In this document: piece by piece, positions 9,131 through 17,710 of the stretch
Numbering within the stretch: position 1 is the stretch's first letter
Layout: each line of letters opens with the position of its first letter
Assembly: GCA_001897305.1 (NCBI GenBank)
Contig: MKSO01000001.1
Location: forward strand, 270,001-302,000
DNA length: 32,000 nucleotides
Direction of reading: 5' to 3'
From: Candidatus Saccharimonadota bacterium
GTDB taxonomy: Bacteria; Patescibacteriota; Saccharimonadia; Saccharimonadales; Saccharimonadaceae
The notes under the pieces: generated by a model
What the model was told of the DNA's origin: nothing
The model's database searches: none
Seen by the model: the letters and a program-made list of their open reading frames with translations, nothing else
Translations under genes and position numbers: made by a program

Positions 9131-9499
9131 TTACCTCAGATCGTGCCACTTGACTCCGGCGAGGCTGGACTTGTTGACTCGCTTCGCCAGGTCCTGGTGG
9201 CGCTTGTTGGGGCTCTTGATCAGCACGTCGACGACGCTCAGCAGGCCGAGGGCCGGCCGTACCGAACATCCCGACTGATGCGTGGCGCGGACGCCCGCCT
9301 TGACCCACCAGTAGAGCAGCGTGTACTCGTCCTCTGTCAGGAGGTGACTTCGAAGGTCGCCCCCGAGGGTCATCAGCCTGCTCTCCTTCAGCACGTCGTT
9401 CAGCGTGTCGAAGGCGGCGATGTAGTCGTGCTTCTTGTAGAGCTCTTCGGCGGTCTGGGGGGTTCCGATTGCTGAAACCCCGGTGATCTGGATGTGCAC
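9131..9499 (-). CDS. GC-rich orphan CDS A (122 aa), unknown function, probably foreign
   Basis: GTG 9499 is preceded by GAGAGGA at a 9-nt spacing. The track ORF extends to 9601 but runs through the promoter. A hand count of 9181-9240 gives 38/60 G+C. Codons are mostly G/C-ending. Confidence 0.6.
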   Translation of the reverse strand: MHIQITGVSAIGTPQTAEELYKKHDYIAAFDTLNDVLKESRLMTLGGDLRSHLLTEDEYTLLYWWVKAGVRATHQSGCSVRPALGLLSVVDVLIKSPNKRHQDLAKRVNKSSLAGVKWHDLR

Positions 9500-9535
9500 T
9501 TTCCCATTCCTCTCGTTGATTGCAGGGATATATAT

Positions 9536-9564
9536 ATTATAGCAAAAAAACCATAAAAAGTCAA
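9536..9564 (-). promoter_or_regulatory. Consensus-like promoter of cassette A
   Basis: On the minus strand: TTGACT (9559-9564), a 17-nt spacer, then an extended -10 TGCTATAAT (9536-9544). Confidence 0.65.
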
Positions 9565-9601
9565 TTCTCCAAAGGGGTAGACTATGGTATACTGGGCGCA
9601 T

Positions 9602-10948
9602 ATGAGTACTGAAAAAAACATGGAAGAGATTGTTAGTTTAGCTAAGCGACGCGGCTTTATTTACCCTGGTTCCGATATTTACGGTGGCCTGAGTGGTACT
9701 TGGGATTACGGCCCACTTGGCGTGGCGTTAAAGCGCAATATTATGGCGCTATGGTGGAAGTTGTTTGTTGATGAGCGCGAAGACATGTATGGTGTCGATG
9801 CGGCAATTTTGATGAACCAAAAGGTGTGGCAGGCTAGTGGGCATGTTGATACGTTTAACGACCCGTTAGTCGAGGACCTCGAAACTAAGCAGCGTTTTCG
9901 AGCCGACCACCTGCTAAAAGATGCTGGCTATCAGGTTGATGGTTTAAGTTTGGATCAACTCACTCAGCTTATTCGTGACAACAACGTCAAGAGTCCTAAC
10001 GGCAACGAACTATCAGATGTGCGTACTTTCAATATGATGTTTACTACTACGGTAGGTCCGGTTGCCGACGACAAGGCTGTCACATACCTTCGCCCAGAAA
10101 CCGCCCAAGGAATCTTTACTAACTACAAAAATGTCGTCGACTCATTCTACCCAGACCTGCCATTCGGTTTGGCACAGCAAGGTAAGGCCTTTCGTAACGA
10201 GATCAGCCCGCGTGATTTTATTTTCCGTAGCCGCGAGTTTGAACAAATGGAGATTGAATACTTTGTTGATCCAGCCAAGTGGGAAGAAGCGTTTGAACAT
10301 TGGCGCCAGCAAGTCTGGAAATGGACCCAGGCCCTTGGTTTAGCTGACGAGAACGTGCATGAGCTGGAAGTGGCCGAAGAAGACCGCGCTCATTACAGTA
10401 AACGAACGATCGATTTTGAGTTTGATTTCCCAATTGGCCGCGAGGAACTTCTTGGTTTAGCGTATCGTACTGACTTCGACCTGGGCAACATTCAGCGAGT
10501 GAGTGGCAAGAATATGGAATATACCGTAAAGGGGACGAACACAAAATTTGTTCCCCATGTGATTGAACCATCGTTTGGTGTCGAAAGGGCTTTAATGGCC
10601 GTTCTTACTACCGCCTACACTGAAGACGAAGTAAACGGCGAAAAGCGCGTTGTAATGAAATTTCCAGAACACCTAGCGCCAGTAAAATTTGCCGTTTCAC
10701 CATTAGTACGCAACAAACCAGAGTTAGTTGCTAAGGCTCGTGAAGTCTATGAGATTCTGAAAAAGAAATACGGTGCGGTCATGTGGGACGACAATGGCAA
10801 TATTGGTAAGCGCTACCGTCGCCAAGATGAAATTGGTACGCCGTACTGTGTTGTAGTGGATTTTGATACGCTTGAAACCGATGGGTTAGTGAGTGTGCGT
10901 GATCGAGACACAACCGAGCAACGACGGGTGAAGCCAGAAGATTTGTAG
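9602..10948 (+). CDS. glyQS: Glycine--tRNA ligase (homodimeric class II type)
   Basis: Contains RRGFIYPGSDIYGGLSGTWDYGPLG, class II motifs and a C-terminal anticodon-binding domain. I moved the start to ATG 9602, which lies 8 nt after TATACT 9588-9593. The track start is 9584. Confidence 0.9.
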   Translation: MSTEKNMEEIVSLAKRRGFIYPGSDIYGGLSGTWDYGPLGVALKRNIMALWWKLFVDEREDMYGVDAAILMNQKVWQASGHVDTFNDPLVEDLETKQRFRADHLLKDAGYQVDGLSLDQLTQLIRDNNVKSPNGNELSDVRTFNMMFTTTVGPVADDKAVTYLRPETAQGIFTNYKNVVDSFYPDLPFGLAQQGKAFRNEISPRDFIFRSREFEQMEIEYFVDPAKWEEAFEHWRQQVWKWTQALGLADENVHELEVAEEDRAHYSKRTIDFEFDFPIGREELLGLAYRTDFDLGNIQRVSGKNMEYTVKGTNTKFVPHVIEPSFGVERALMAVLTTAYTEDEVNGEKRVVMKFPEHLAPVKFAVSPLVRNKPELVAKAREVYEILKKKYGAVMWDDNGNIGKRYRRQDEIGTPYCVVVDFDTLETDGLVSVRDRDTTEQRRVKPEDL

Positions 10949-10950
10949 GT

Positions 10951-11514
10951 ATGACGAATCGACCACTTCCGCCAAATGCAAACTTAATACCTGAACATGC
11001 GGAGCGTGTGTTTCATGGTGAAGTCTTCGATGTCTATCAATGGCAGCAAGAAATGTTTGACGGAAGCTTTGCGACATACGAGATGATTAAACGCCCAGAC
11101 ACCGTGAAGGTGATTGCGATTGACGAAGGTAAGATTATTGTTCTTGATGAAGAGCAGCCTGGAGATGTAAAAAGAACGCACACACTGCCTGGTGGGCGTG
11201 TTGACCCAAGTGACGCATCTGTACTAGATGCGGCAAAACGCGAACTACGCGAAGAGACTGGCTTGGAATTCAAAGATTGGTATTTATTACAAATTACCCA
11301 AAGAGTCTCGAAAATTGAATGGTTTTGGTATACTTTTGTCGCTCAAAACAAAATCGCTACACATCCAACACATCTTGACGCTGGCGAGCGGATAGTGGTA
11401 AAGCACATAAGTTACGAAGAACTTAAATTCAATCATGGTGAAGCACTGGGGCTCGTTGAGGCGTTCAATAATTGCGATACCTTGGAAGAATTTTTAAGTG
11501 GAATACGCGTATAA
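10951..11514 (+). CDS. NUDIX hydrolase
   Basis: 187 aa with a Nudix box (LPGGRVDPSDASVLDAAKRELREETGLE). It starts 2 nt after the glyQS stop. Confidence 0.85.
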   Translation: MTNRPLPPNANLIPEHAERVFHGEVFDVYQWQQEMFDGSFATYEMIKRPDTVKVIAIDEGKIIVLDEEQPGDVKRTHTLPGGRVDPSDASVLDAAKRELREETGLEFKDWYLLQITQRVSKIEWFWYTFVAQNKIATHPTHLDAGERIVVKHISYEELKFNHGEALGLVEAFNNCDTLEEFLSGIRV

Positions 11515-11522
11515 TAATAAGT

Positions 11523-11825
11523 ATGAAAGCAGTCTGGAACAACGAAACAATCGCCGAAGCACCTAAAGAAGACCTCATTCGCATTGAGGGTAACTGGTAT
11601 TTCCCACCTAAAAGCCTGAATTGGGAATTTTTCGAAGAAAGCGATCATCATAGCACTTGTGTATGGAAGGGTGAGGCGAGTTATTACGACATTGTAGTCA
11701 ATAGCCAGCGGAATGAATTTGGCGCTTGGTATTACCCAGAACCAAAAGACGGTTCGGTTGAGCGTGTCAAAAAAGACTTTGCAAATTATGTCGCTTTTTG
11801 GAATGGCGTTGAAGTAGTTGAATAG
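11523..11825 (+). CDS. DUF427 domain protein
   Basis: 100 aa with the characteristic CVWKGEASYYDIVV...GAWYYPEP pattern. ATG 11523 lies 7 nt after TATAAT 11510-11515. The track start 11472 is rejected. Confidence 0.75.
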   Translation: MKAVWNNETIAEAPKEDLIRIEGNWYFPPKSLNWEFFEESDHHSTCVWKGEASYYDIVVNSQRNEFGAWYYPEPKDGSVERVKKDFANYVAFWNGVEVVE

Positions 11826-11840
11826 GCTAGAATAAATCTT

Positions 11841-12260
11841 ATGATTGTTTACTATACAGATGGCTCTGCGAGCCCCAACCCCGGCCCTGGTGGCTATGCG
11901 GTCATTAAAAACGGCGTACCACATATTCTTGGCAGCGAGGATGGCGAAACGACTAACATTCGCATGGAAGGTAAGGCTATTATTGCTGCTCTTAAGGATG
12001 CAGCTGGAGAGCATGCTGAAATCTTCACCGATAGTGAGTTTTGGATTAATGTCATTACCAAGTGGGCGCCAAGCTGGGAAGCGAAGGGCTGGAAGAAGAG
12101 CGGTGGCCCTATTAAAAACCTTGATATCGTTCAAGAAGTCTACCCACTGTACCAAAACTCGAACGCCACCCTTACTTGGGTGCGTGGGCACGAAGGTGAT
12201 GAAGGCAACGAACTCGCCGACCAATGGGCTAATAAGGCGCGCGAAGGCGTCCGGATCTAG
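11841..12260 (+). CDS. rnhA: Ribonuclease HI
   Basis: 139 aa with YTDGSASPNPGPGGYA, TNIRMEGKA, IFTDSEF and VRGHEGDEGNELADQWA (the DEDD catalytic set). Confidence 0.9.
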   Translation: MIVYYTDGSASPNPGPGGYAVIKNGVPHILGSEDGETTNIRMEGKAIIAALKDAAGEHAEIFTDSEFWINVITKWAPSWEAKGWKKSGGPIKNLDIVQEVYPLYQNSNATLTWVRGHEGDEGNELADQWANKAREGVRI

Positions 12261-12261
12261 T

Positions 12262-12882
12262 ATGAGTGAGGCTGTTTTTGGTGGCGAGGGGATCAAACCA
12301 AGAACAGAGTATGAAACACTGCGGGGCCTTGAGTTATATCAAGGGGCGTACGAAGCGACTTTGGCGCTCGATCAATTTATAGAGGCTAATAACAATGAAG
12401 CGGTGTTTGGTGAAAGTACCGCCTCTTCGAGTCCCGAAATGACCGAACGTAACCTCCATCTTTCGTATATGGTATTTGATAAGCCGGCTGACGACTTTTT
12501 TATATTTGATTCTGACAGTAAAGCAGTTCGGCTGGTTGAAGTAGCCGCTACAAGCTACGAAAAAAACATCACACTTCATTACACCCGATTTCATGCCGGG
12601 CCGGTGCTTGAAGAATATTATGTCTCATTCGAGCGGTATGTTCCGTATACGACTGTGCCCTTCGTCCACACCTATCTTTTCGAGTTTATTAAAGGCGGCT
12701 CTGCTCATGTAACAGTTCAGGGAAACAATATAGATATTGATGATGGTATAGAAGGGGTTATGTATGAACGCCAAGTAACTCCTTATGATTTAGCCGAGTT
12801 CTACAAAGAACTCGATGAAGTAAACGAACATATTAGGGCTGGTATGACGGAACACGAGGCGGTGCGACGGCTCGCGCAATAG
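12262..12882 (+). CDS. Hypothetical soluble protein (206 aa)
   Basis: ATG 12262 lies 1 nt after the rnhA stop. It is the C-terminal part of the 345-aa track ORF, whose upstream portion overlaps rnhA out of frame. No TM helix and no recognised motif. Confidence 0.55.
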   Translation: MSEAVFGGEGIKPRTEYETLRGLELYQGAYEATLALDQFIEANNNEAVFGESTASSSPEMTERNLHLSYMVFDKPADDFFIFDSDSKAVRLVEVAATSYEKNITLHYTRFHAGPVLEEYYVSFERYVPYTTVPFVHTYLFEFIKGGSAHVTVQGNNIDIDDGIEGVMYERQVTPYDLAEFYKELDEVNEHIRAGMTEHEAVRRLAQ

Positions 12883-12931
12883 AAAATTCATGTATAATAA
12901 ATCCTGTTGTTTTAAATAGGGAAATACACAC

Positions 12932-14047
12932 ATGGATACTGACGAAACGCTTGAAATGACCGATATGTCTGATGTAATTGACGCCGATGCTGAAGTAGTT
13001 GTTGAGACAAAAAGTACTAACGCGCCAGTTGAAGCTGTTGAAAAAACAGATGACCTTAGTGCAGAGCTAAAAAATAAAGATGACACCAACGGGGTGGATA
13101 TTTTCCAATGGGCCAACCAAACGGATGCGGTTAAAAATGAACTTCGAGTAGAATTCTTTCTATTTAATAAAAATTACACACCTTACACTACAACTATTGC
13201 CGATGAACTTGACGCTCAAATTAAATCGCTTTTTTTGTACGACATCATTAACGACGTAAACCTCGGTGCGGGTACCGGCCTAAGTGTGCGTGATTACGAA
13301 CTTGTAGAGAAAGAAGATAACGTGCTACTGCGCACCGACCTCCCTAAAGTAGGGCGCGCCGAAACGCTTATCCATCTTATCGAACATGAGCGTAACGACA
13401 TTGTTGAATTTAGCGAGCAAGAGCACGAATTCAAACGCATTAAGGGAATTGTAGCGCGTTTTAGCCGTAAGGATGGTACAGGTGTCTTTTATGTTATCAA
13501 GCAGGTGAGTAGCGGTAATACACTGGCCGGGGCGACATCTTGGGAATTCAAAGAAGGTACCTTTAAGCCTTTTACGCCCGACTTTGGCTGGAAGGTTCCT
13601 TCTGACAACCAAGTGTTGATCGTTGATAAGGATATTTTCATCTTTAGCCAGTCAAAATTTGAGCGTTTATTTAACTACGAGTTTAAAAAGCAGCTCTTGG
13701 CTGACCAAAAAGTCACCGAGATTGAAAAGCAGTACAAACTGAGTTTCCCAGAAGGCCTCGATTTGCAGTCGCTAGTGATGGAAAAGAAAAAGATCGTCAA
13801 CAAGCTGCAGAAGCTTGAAGTAGGGGCGATTACCCAAGAACAAGCCATCGACTATGCGGACACTATGCAACTCGAACTTATGACTGATGATGAAGGCCGA
13901 ATTATTATTATGGATGGCAACGACCTTGATATGTTCGTGAACCTTATTAACGAAGATTATATTACCAGTGAACTAACGGGTAAGCGCTACGAAATTAAAA
14001 GTAAGAAACTACTGGGTGAACCTGAGGGCGAACCACCTCGCGGCTAG
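12932..14047 (+). CDS. Hypothetical protein, possibly DUF4868 (KwaB-like)
   Basis: 371 aa with an acidic N-terminal extension. The layout and the segment NQVLIVDKDIFIFSQSKFERLFNYEFKK recall DUF4868 members as I remember them. This was not verified by any search. Confidence 0.4.
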   Translation: MDTDETLEMTDMSDVIDADAEVVVETKSTNAPVEAVEKTDDLSAELKNKDDTNGVDIFQWANQTDAVKNELRVEFFLFNKNYTPYTTTIADELDAQIKSLFLYDIINDVNLGAGTGLSVRDYELVEKEDNVLLRTDLPKVGRAETLIHLIEHERNDIVEFSEQEHEFKRIKGIVARFSRKDGTGVFYVIKQVSSGNTLAGATSWEFKEGTFKPFTPDFGWKVPSDNQVLIVDKDIFIFSQSKFERLFNYEFKKQLLADQKVTEIEKQYKLSFPEGLDLQSLVMEKKKIVNKLQKLEVGAITQEQAIDYADTMQLELMTDDEGRIIIMDGNDLDMFVNLINEDYITSELTGKRYEIKSKKLLGEPEGEPPRG

Positions 14048-14049
14048 CG

Positions 14050-14967
14050 CTACGGTTTTAGATACTTCTCAAAGAACGCTGTAATAATGGGTTGTGCGGC
14101 GGCCTGAGCTTTACTGCCAGTGGCATCACCAAACCCGTGGTGAGCGCCTGGAATGGTAACGAGCTGGGCGTTGTCGCCATTCATAAGTAGCTTCTTGTAA
14201 AAACGTTGAGCCGTTTCAATGGGAACGACGGCATCGTTGCTGCCATGCACTAACAAGAAAGCTGTTTTTGTACGGAGGTCGGCATTGTAAGGGCTGGCTT
14301 GATTGGCGGTTGTTTGGTCCTTTTTACCACCAAGGTAGCGAATAGCATTGGTGTCGTTCTTTTTGGTGATTTGGTACCACAAATCTGTCACCCCGTATAA
14401 TACGGCAGTTGCAGCAGCATTGGCTCGTGTATCGCTGCGCAGTGATTGCATGATTGCCAGCTGGCCGCCGGCGCTATCTCCAAAGAAGCCTACCTGTGTG
14501 GTGCGCAAGTTATATTCTGACCCGTGGCTCATTAAATACTGATATGCGCAGTTAATGTCATTATTTTGACTGGGGTAACTTACCGTTGGCGCAAGCCGAT
14601 ATTCGACTGTCACAAAGGCAATTCCTTTAGCAAGTAAAAATTGCGGGTAATATTTTTGTATATTATTACGAGAGGTGCCTGCTTTCCAGCCACCGCCGTG
14701 GACGTAAAAAACGAATGGGGCAGGGCGGTCTTCCTTAGCTGTTGCTGGGATGTAGATATCCATTTTTTGACGAGCATCGTTTGAATCGCAGTAAGCAATA
14801 TCTTTGTATAGCGTCGCTTGTGCACCGTTGGCAAACGTTTGTGGTGTAGGCTCGGAGGGCGAGTCTCCTATAGAAATAAAGAAATAAACAAGTAGGCCGA
14901 TACCGATGACAAGCAGCCCTAAAACCAATAGGCGAATGTTGTGCTTTTGTGTCCTGGGGTGCTTCAT
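14050..14967 (-). CDS. Membrane-anchored alpha/beta hydrolase (esterase/lipase-like)
   Basis: 305 aa with an N-terminal TM anchor, an oxyanion HGGGW motif, a nucleophile elbow (GDSAGG) and a late His (GAHHGF). Confidence 0.8.
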   Translation of the reverse strand: MKHPRTQKHNIRLLVLGLLVIGIGLLVYFFISIGDSPSEPTPQTFANGAQATLYKDIAYCDSNDARQKMDIYIPATAKEDRPAPFVFYVHGGGWKAGTSRNNIQKYYPQFLLAKGIAFVTVEYRLAPTVSYPSQNNDINCAYQYLMSHGSEYNLRTTQVGFFGDSAGGQLAIMQSLRSDTRANAAATAVLYGVTDLWYQITKKNDTNAIRYLGGKKDQTTANQASPYNADLRTKTAFLLVHGSNDAVVPIETAQRFYKKLLMNGDNAQLVTIPGAHHGFGDATGSKAQAAAQPIITAFFEKYLKP

Positions 14968-14970
14968 GGC

Positions 14971-15000
14971 TTGAGTATATCACTCTTTCTCACCTATAAT
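14971..15000 (+). promoter_or_regulatory. Promoter of the helicase gene (leaderless start)
   Basis: TTGAGT (14971-14976), an 18-nt spacer, TATAAT (14995-15000), then 7 nt to ATG 15008. It overlaps the divergent TATACT (14974-14979, minus strand), which lies 6 nt before ATG 14967. Confidence 0.55.
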
Positions 15001-15007
15001 AGGCAGG

Positions 15008-16528
15008 ATGAACCAAGCATTGGCACTAGAGATAATGCTTTCGGGGGAAAGTGTGTTGTTAACCGGTCCGGCAGGGGCGGGTAAAACGTATGTCCTAAAC
15101 CAGTTTATTAAACTAGCTAAACACGACGGTAAGCATGTGTCGGTAACAGCAACAACGGGTTTGGCGGCTACGCACTTGGGCGGTACTACTATTCACGCAT
15201 GGGCGGGTATTGGTGTAAACGATTTTGTACCCAACGGGTTCGCCGAACATATTGCCAAGGGTCGCCGTGAAATTATTGAAAAAACTGATGTACTGGTTAT
15301 TGATGAGATTAGTATGCTCCACGATTACCGGCTTGATATGGTCGATGAGGTCTGTCGATTGGTGCGTAAAGAACCTGATCTTCCATTTGGCGGTATACAG
15401 GTCATTATGTCGGGTGATTTTTTTCAACTTCCGCCTATTAATAGGGGGGATTCGCGAGCTGGCAGCTTTGTAGTAAATTCAAATGTTTGGCAGGAACTCG
15501 ATCCGGTTATTTGTTACCTTGAAGAACAACATCGTCAGGACGATGAGCAATTATTGGAAATATTGAACGCTATTAGGGCCGGGGATGTTCGTCGTCGGCA
15601 TGCCGAAGTACTGCTAGCTCGCACCGAAGTCTACCCAGATGACCTCGAGCAGCTCACCGAGCTACACACGGTAAATATAGACGTCGATGCTATGAATGAG
15701 GCAAAATTGCGCCAGTTAGAAGGCGATGAGGTATCGTACGAGCAATCAACCTCTGGGTCAGAGAATTACGTGGAAACGTTACAACGCTCGGTTTTGGCTC
15801 CAAAAGTCTTAAAGCTCAAATTGGGTGCATTAGTAATGGCGGTAAAAAACAGTACCGAGCGCAAATACGTAAACGGTAGTGTTGGAACAGTTGTCGCATT
15901 TGAGCCGGCTACCGATTACCCAATTGTTGCGTTTCAAAACGGCAAAGAAGTACTAATGACACCCGATACTTGGGAACTGCGCGATGGCGATAAAAAGCGG
16001 GCCAGTATTACCCAAATTCCACTTCGGCTAGCCTGGGCGATTACGGTGCACAAATCGCAAGGCATGACCCTCGATGCGGCGCGAATCGACCTGCGTAAAG
16101 CCTTTGTGGAAGGTATGGGATATGTAGCGCTCAGTCGAGTAAAAAATGTGAACAACCTGTATTTATCGGGCATTAACCAGATGGCCTTACGGGTGAGCGA
16201 AGAGGCCCAGTTTATAGATGGCCACTTACGTGAAAAAGCAGCTCAAGCTGCAAAACGGTTTGCGCACCTTGCTCAGCAGGCAACCAAACGTAAAGCCGCA
16301 CCGCCGAAACCATCGGCTGCAAAAACGGGTTGGGCAGATAAAATTGCTAAAATGCGCGAAGTCTACCCTAATGCCTATCGGCCATGGGAACCACAGCATG
16401 ACACCGATTTGAAGCAATACTTTACTCAAGGCGAAACGGTCCAACAACTCAGTAAACGCCTCGGTCGGCATGAAGGTTCTATTAAAATGCGCCTTCAAAA
16501 ACACTTTGGCGAAGATGTTGTAGCGTAA
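15008..16528 (+). CDS. Pif1/RecD-family ATP-dependent DNA helicase with a C-terminal HTH-like tail
   Basis: 506 aa with Walker A (GPAGAGKTY), Walker B (VLVIDEISML), SGDFFQLPPI and AITVHKSQGMTLD. Confidence 0.85.
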   Translation: MNQALALEIMLSGESVLLTGPAGAGKTYVLNQFIKLAKHDGKHVSVTATTGLAATHLGGTTIHAWAGIGVNDFVPNGFAEHIAKGRREIIEKTDVLVIDEISMLHDYRLDMVDEVCRLVRKEPDLPFGGIQVIMSGDFFQLPPINRGDSRAGSFVVNSNVWQELDPVICYLEEQHRQDDEQLLEILNAIRAGDVRRRHAEVLLARTEVYPDDLEQLTELHTVNIDVDAMNEAKLRQLEGDEVSYEQSTSGSENYVETLQRSVLAPKVLKLKLGALVMAVKNSTERKYVNGSVGTVVAFEPATDYPIVAFQNGKEVLMTPDTWELRDGDKKRASITQIPLRLAWAITVHKSQGMTLDAARIDLRKAFVEGMGYVALSRVKNVNNLYLSGINQMALRVSEEAQFIDGHLREKAAQAAKRFAHLAQQATKRKAAPPKPSAAKTGWADKIAKMREVYPNAYRPWEPQHDTDLKQYFTQGETVQQLSKRLGRHEGSIKMRLQKHFGEDVVA

Positions 16529-16661
16529 AAACACAGCATCCGCGGCATCTTTCAAAAGGACACTTTCGCGTAACCGAAGGACCGTAAGGCGTAGAGACCC
16601 TTACGGTTCGTGGCGTGAAGCAAGTTCCGTTGAAACGATGCCGCGGATGCTGTGTTTTTAC
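16525..16661. repeat. 137-nt rod-like inverted repeat / long hairpin
   Basis: 16525-16549 pairs perfectly (25 bp) with 16637-16661. The next pairing is 16550-16555 with 16630-16635, and the apical stem is 16581-16589 with 16599-16607. The element overlaps the helicase stop codon, and its 3' arm ends in TTTTT. Confidence 0.7.
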
Positions 16662-16696
16662 ACTCTAAAACTGCCAAAGTGTATAATGAAAAGCAT

Positions 16697-17710
16697 ATGA
16701 AAGATCCTTTTAAGCCGAACGAATTGAAAATAGCGGTGATTGGTGGAGGGACCGGGAGCTTTACAATGCTATCCGCCCTTAAAAAGTATACGACCCAAAT
16801 AGCGGCGATTGTGAGCATGGCTGACGATGGTGGGAGTACAGGAGTGCTTCGCGACGAGTTGGGTGCGTTACCTCCCGGTGATGTCCGTCAGTGCCTAGTA
16901 GCTTTGAGCGACTCACCTAAAATTCGTGATTTGTTTCAGTATCGCTTTGATGGTGGTACGCTGGGTGGTCACTCATTTGGCAACGTATTACTTTCGACTT
17001 TAGAGAAAATAACCGGTGACTTCAGTCAAGCTGTTGAAACGGCATCGGAAATTTTAAGAATCCGGGGGACGGTTATTCCTGTAACACTGGATAACGTTCG
17101 GCTTAAGATGGAATGGGCTGATAAAAGCCTGGTACTGCACGGCGAACGGGTGATCGATGAAGAATACTTTAAGCATGACCCGCGCCGCGCCGAACTCTCA
17201 CTGGTTCCTACAGCTCAAGTGAACCCAATGGCGCTGGCTGCGATTGAGCAAGCAGATATTATTGTTGTGGCCCCAGGTGACCTCTATACTTCACTTGGCC
17301 CTCTGTTGGTTATTGATGGGATCGGCGAAGCGCTAAAGAAAACAACAGCAAAAACAGTATACGTGTCCAACCTGGTGAGTAAAAAAGGCCAGACGGATGG
17401 TTTTACGGTGAGTGATCATGCAGCCGAGATTGAGCGATTTGCTGGTACGCCGTTTCTTGATTATGTCCTGTATAACAAGCAGCAGCCTTCTGTAGAGATA
17501 GCGAAGCGGTACGAGGAAGAGGGTGGCTACGTCACAAAAGTAGACAGTGATACGCTACACGAACAACACTACCAAGCGGTGGGCGGTGATTTTCTTGGTG
17601 CAATGGCTGCCCTGAACGAAGCCGATTCTTTAATTGGACACCGTTCGCTTATTCGTCATGATGCCGATGCGGTTGCAAAGATGATCGTGGGGCTCGCTAG
17701 TAATGATTAA
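16697..17710 (+). CDS. yvcK: YvcK / CofD-like (UPF0052) gluconeogenesis-factor family protein
   Basis: Contains IAVIGGGTGSFTMLSALKKY...IVSMADDGGSTGVLRDELGALPPGDVRQCLVALS. ATG 16697 lies 9 nt after TATAAT 16682-16687. The track start is 16652. Confidence 0.85.
   Translation: MKDPFKPNELKIAVIGGGTGSFTMLSALKKYTTQIAAIVSMADDGGSTGVLRDELGALPPGDVRQCLVALSDSPKIRDLFQYRFDGGTLGGHSFGNVLLSTLEKITGDFSQAVETASEILRIRGTVIPVTLDNVRLKMEWADKSLVLHGERVIDEEYFKHDPRRAELSLVPTAQVNPMALAAIEQADIIVVAPGDLYTSLGPLLVIDGIGEALKKTTAKTVYVSNLVSKKGQTDGFTVSDHAAEIERFAGTPFLDYVLYNKQQPSVEIAKRYEEEGGYVTKVDSDTLHEQHYQAVGGDFLGAMAALNEADSLIGHRSLIRHDADAVAKMIVGLASND

Noticed and set aside
9003-9475. ORFs 9014-9475 (+, 153 aa) and 9003-9308 (-, 101 aa) inside the GC-rich segment
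   Set aside because: They are alternative-frame or antisense ORFs of the kind GC-rich DNA produces by chance. They have Arg/Pro/Ala-rich low-complexity products and no promoter or SD. The 9131-9499 minus frame has both.
11845-12261. N-terminal 139 codons of the 345-aa track ORF 11845-12882
   Set aside because: This part overlaps rnhA in another frame and has an Arg/Leu-rich nonsense-like sequence. The real gene most plausibly starts at ATG 12262, right after the rnhA stop.
16525-16661. Interpretation of the long hairpin as SRP (4.5S) RNA or another known housekeeping RNA
   Set aside because: A rod-like shape of about 130 nt is suggestive. However, I cannot find the conserved domain IV features (a GNRA apical loop and the GGAAGCAGCC-type motif) on either strand, and a perfect 25-bp stem is atypical for SRP RNA.
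16552-16818. 88-aa minus-strand ORF
   Set aside because: It lies across the hairpin, the yvcK promoter and the yvcK 5' end. It has no start signals and is antisense to a well-supported gene.
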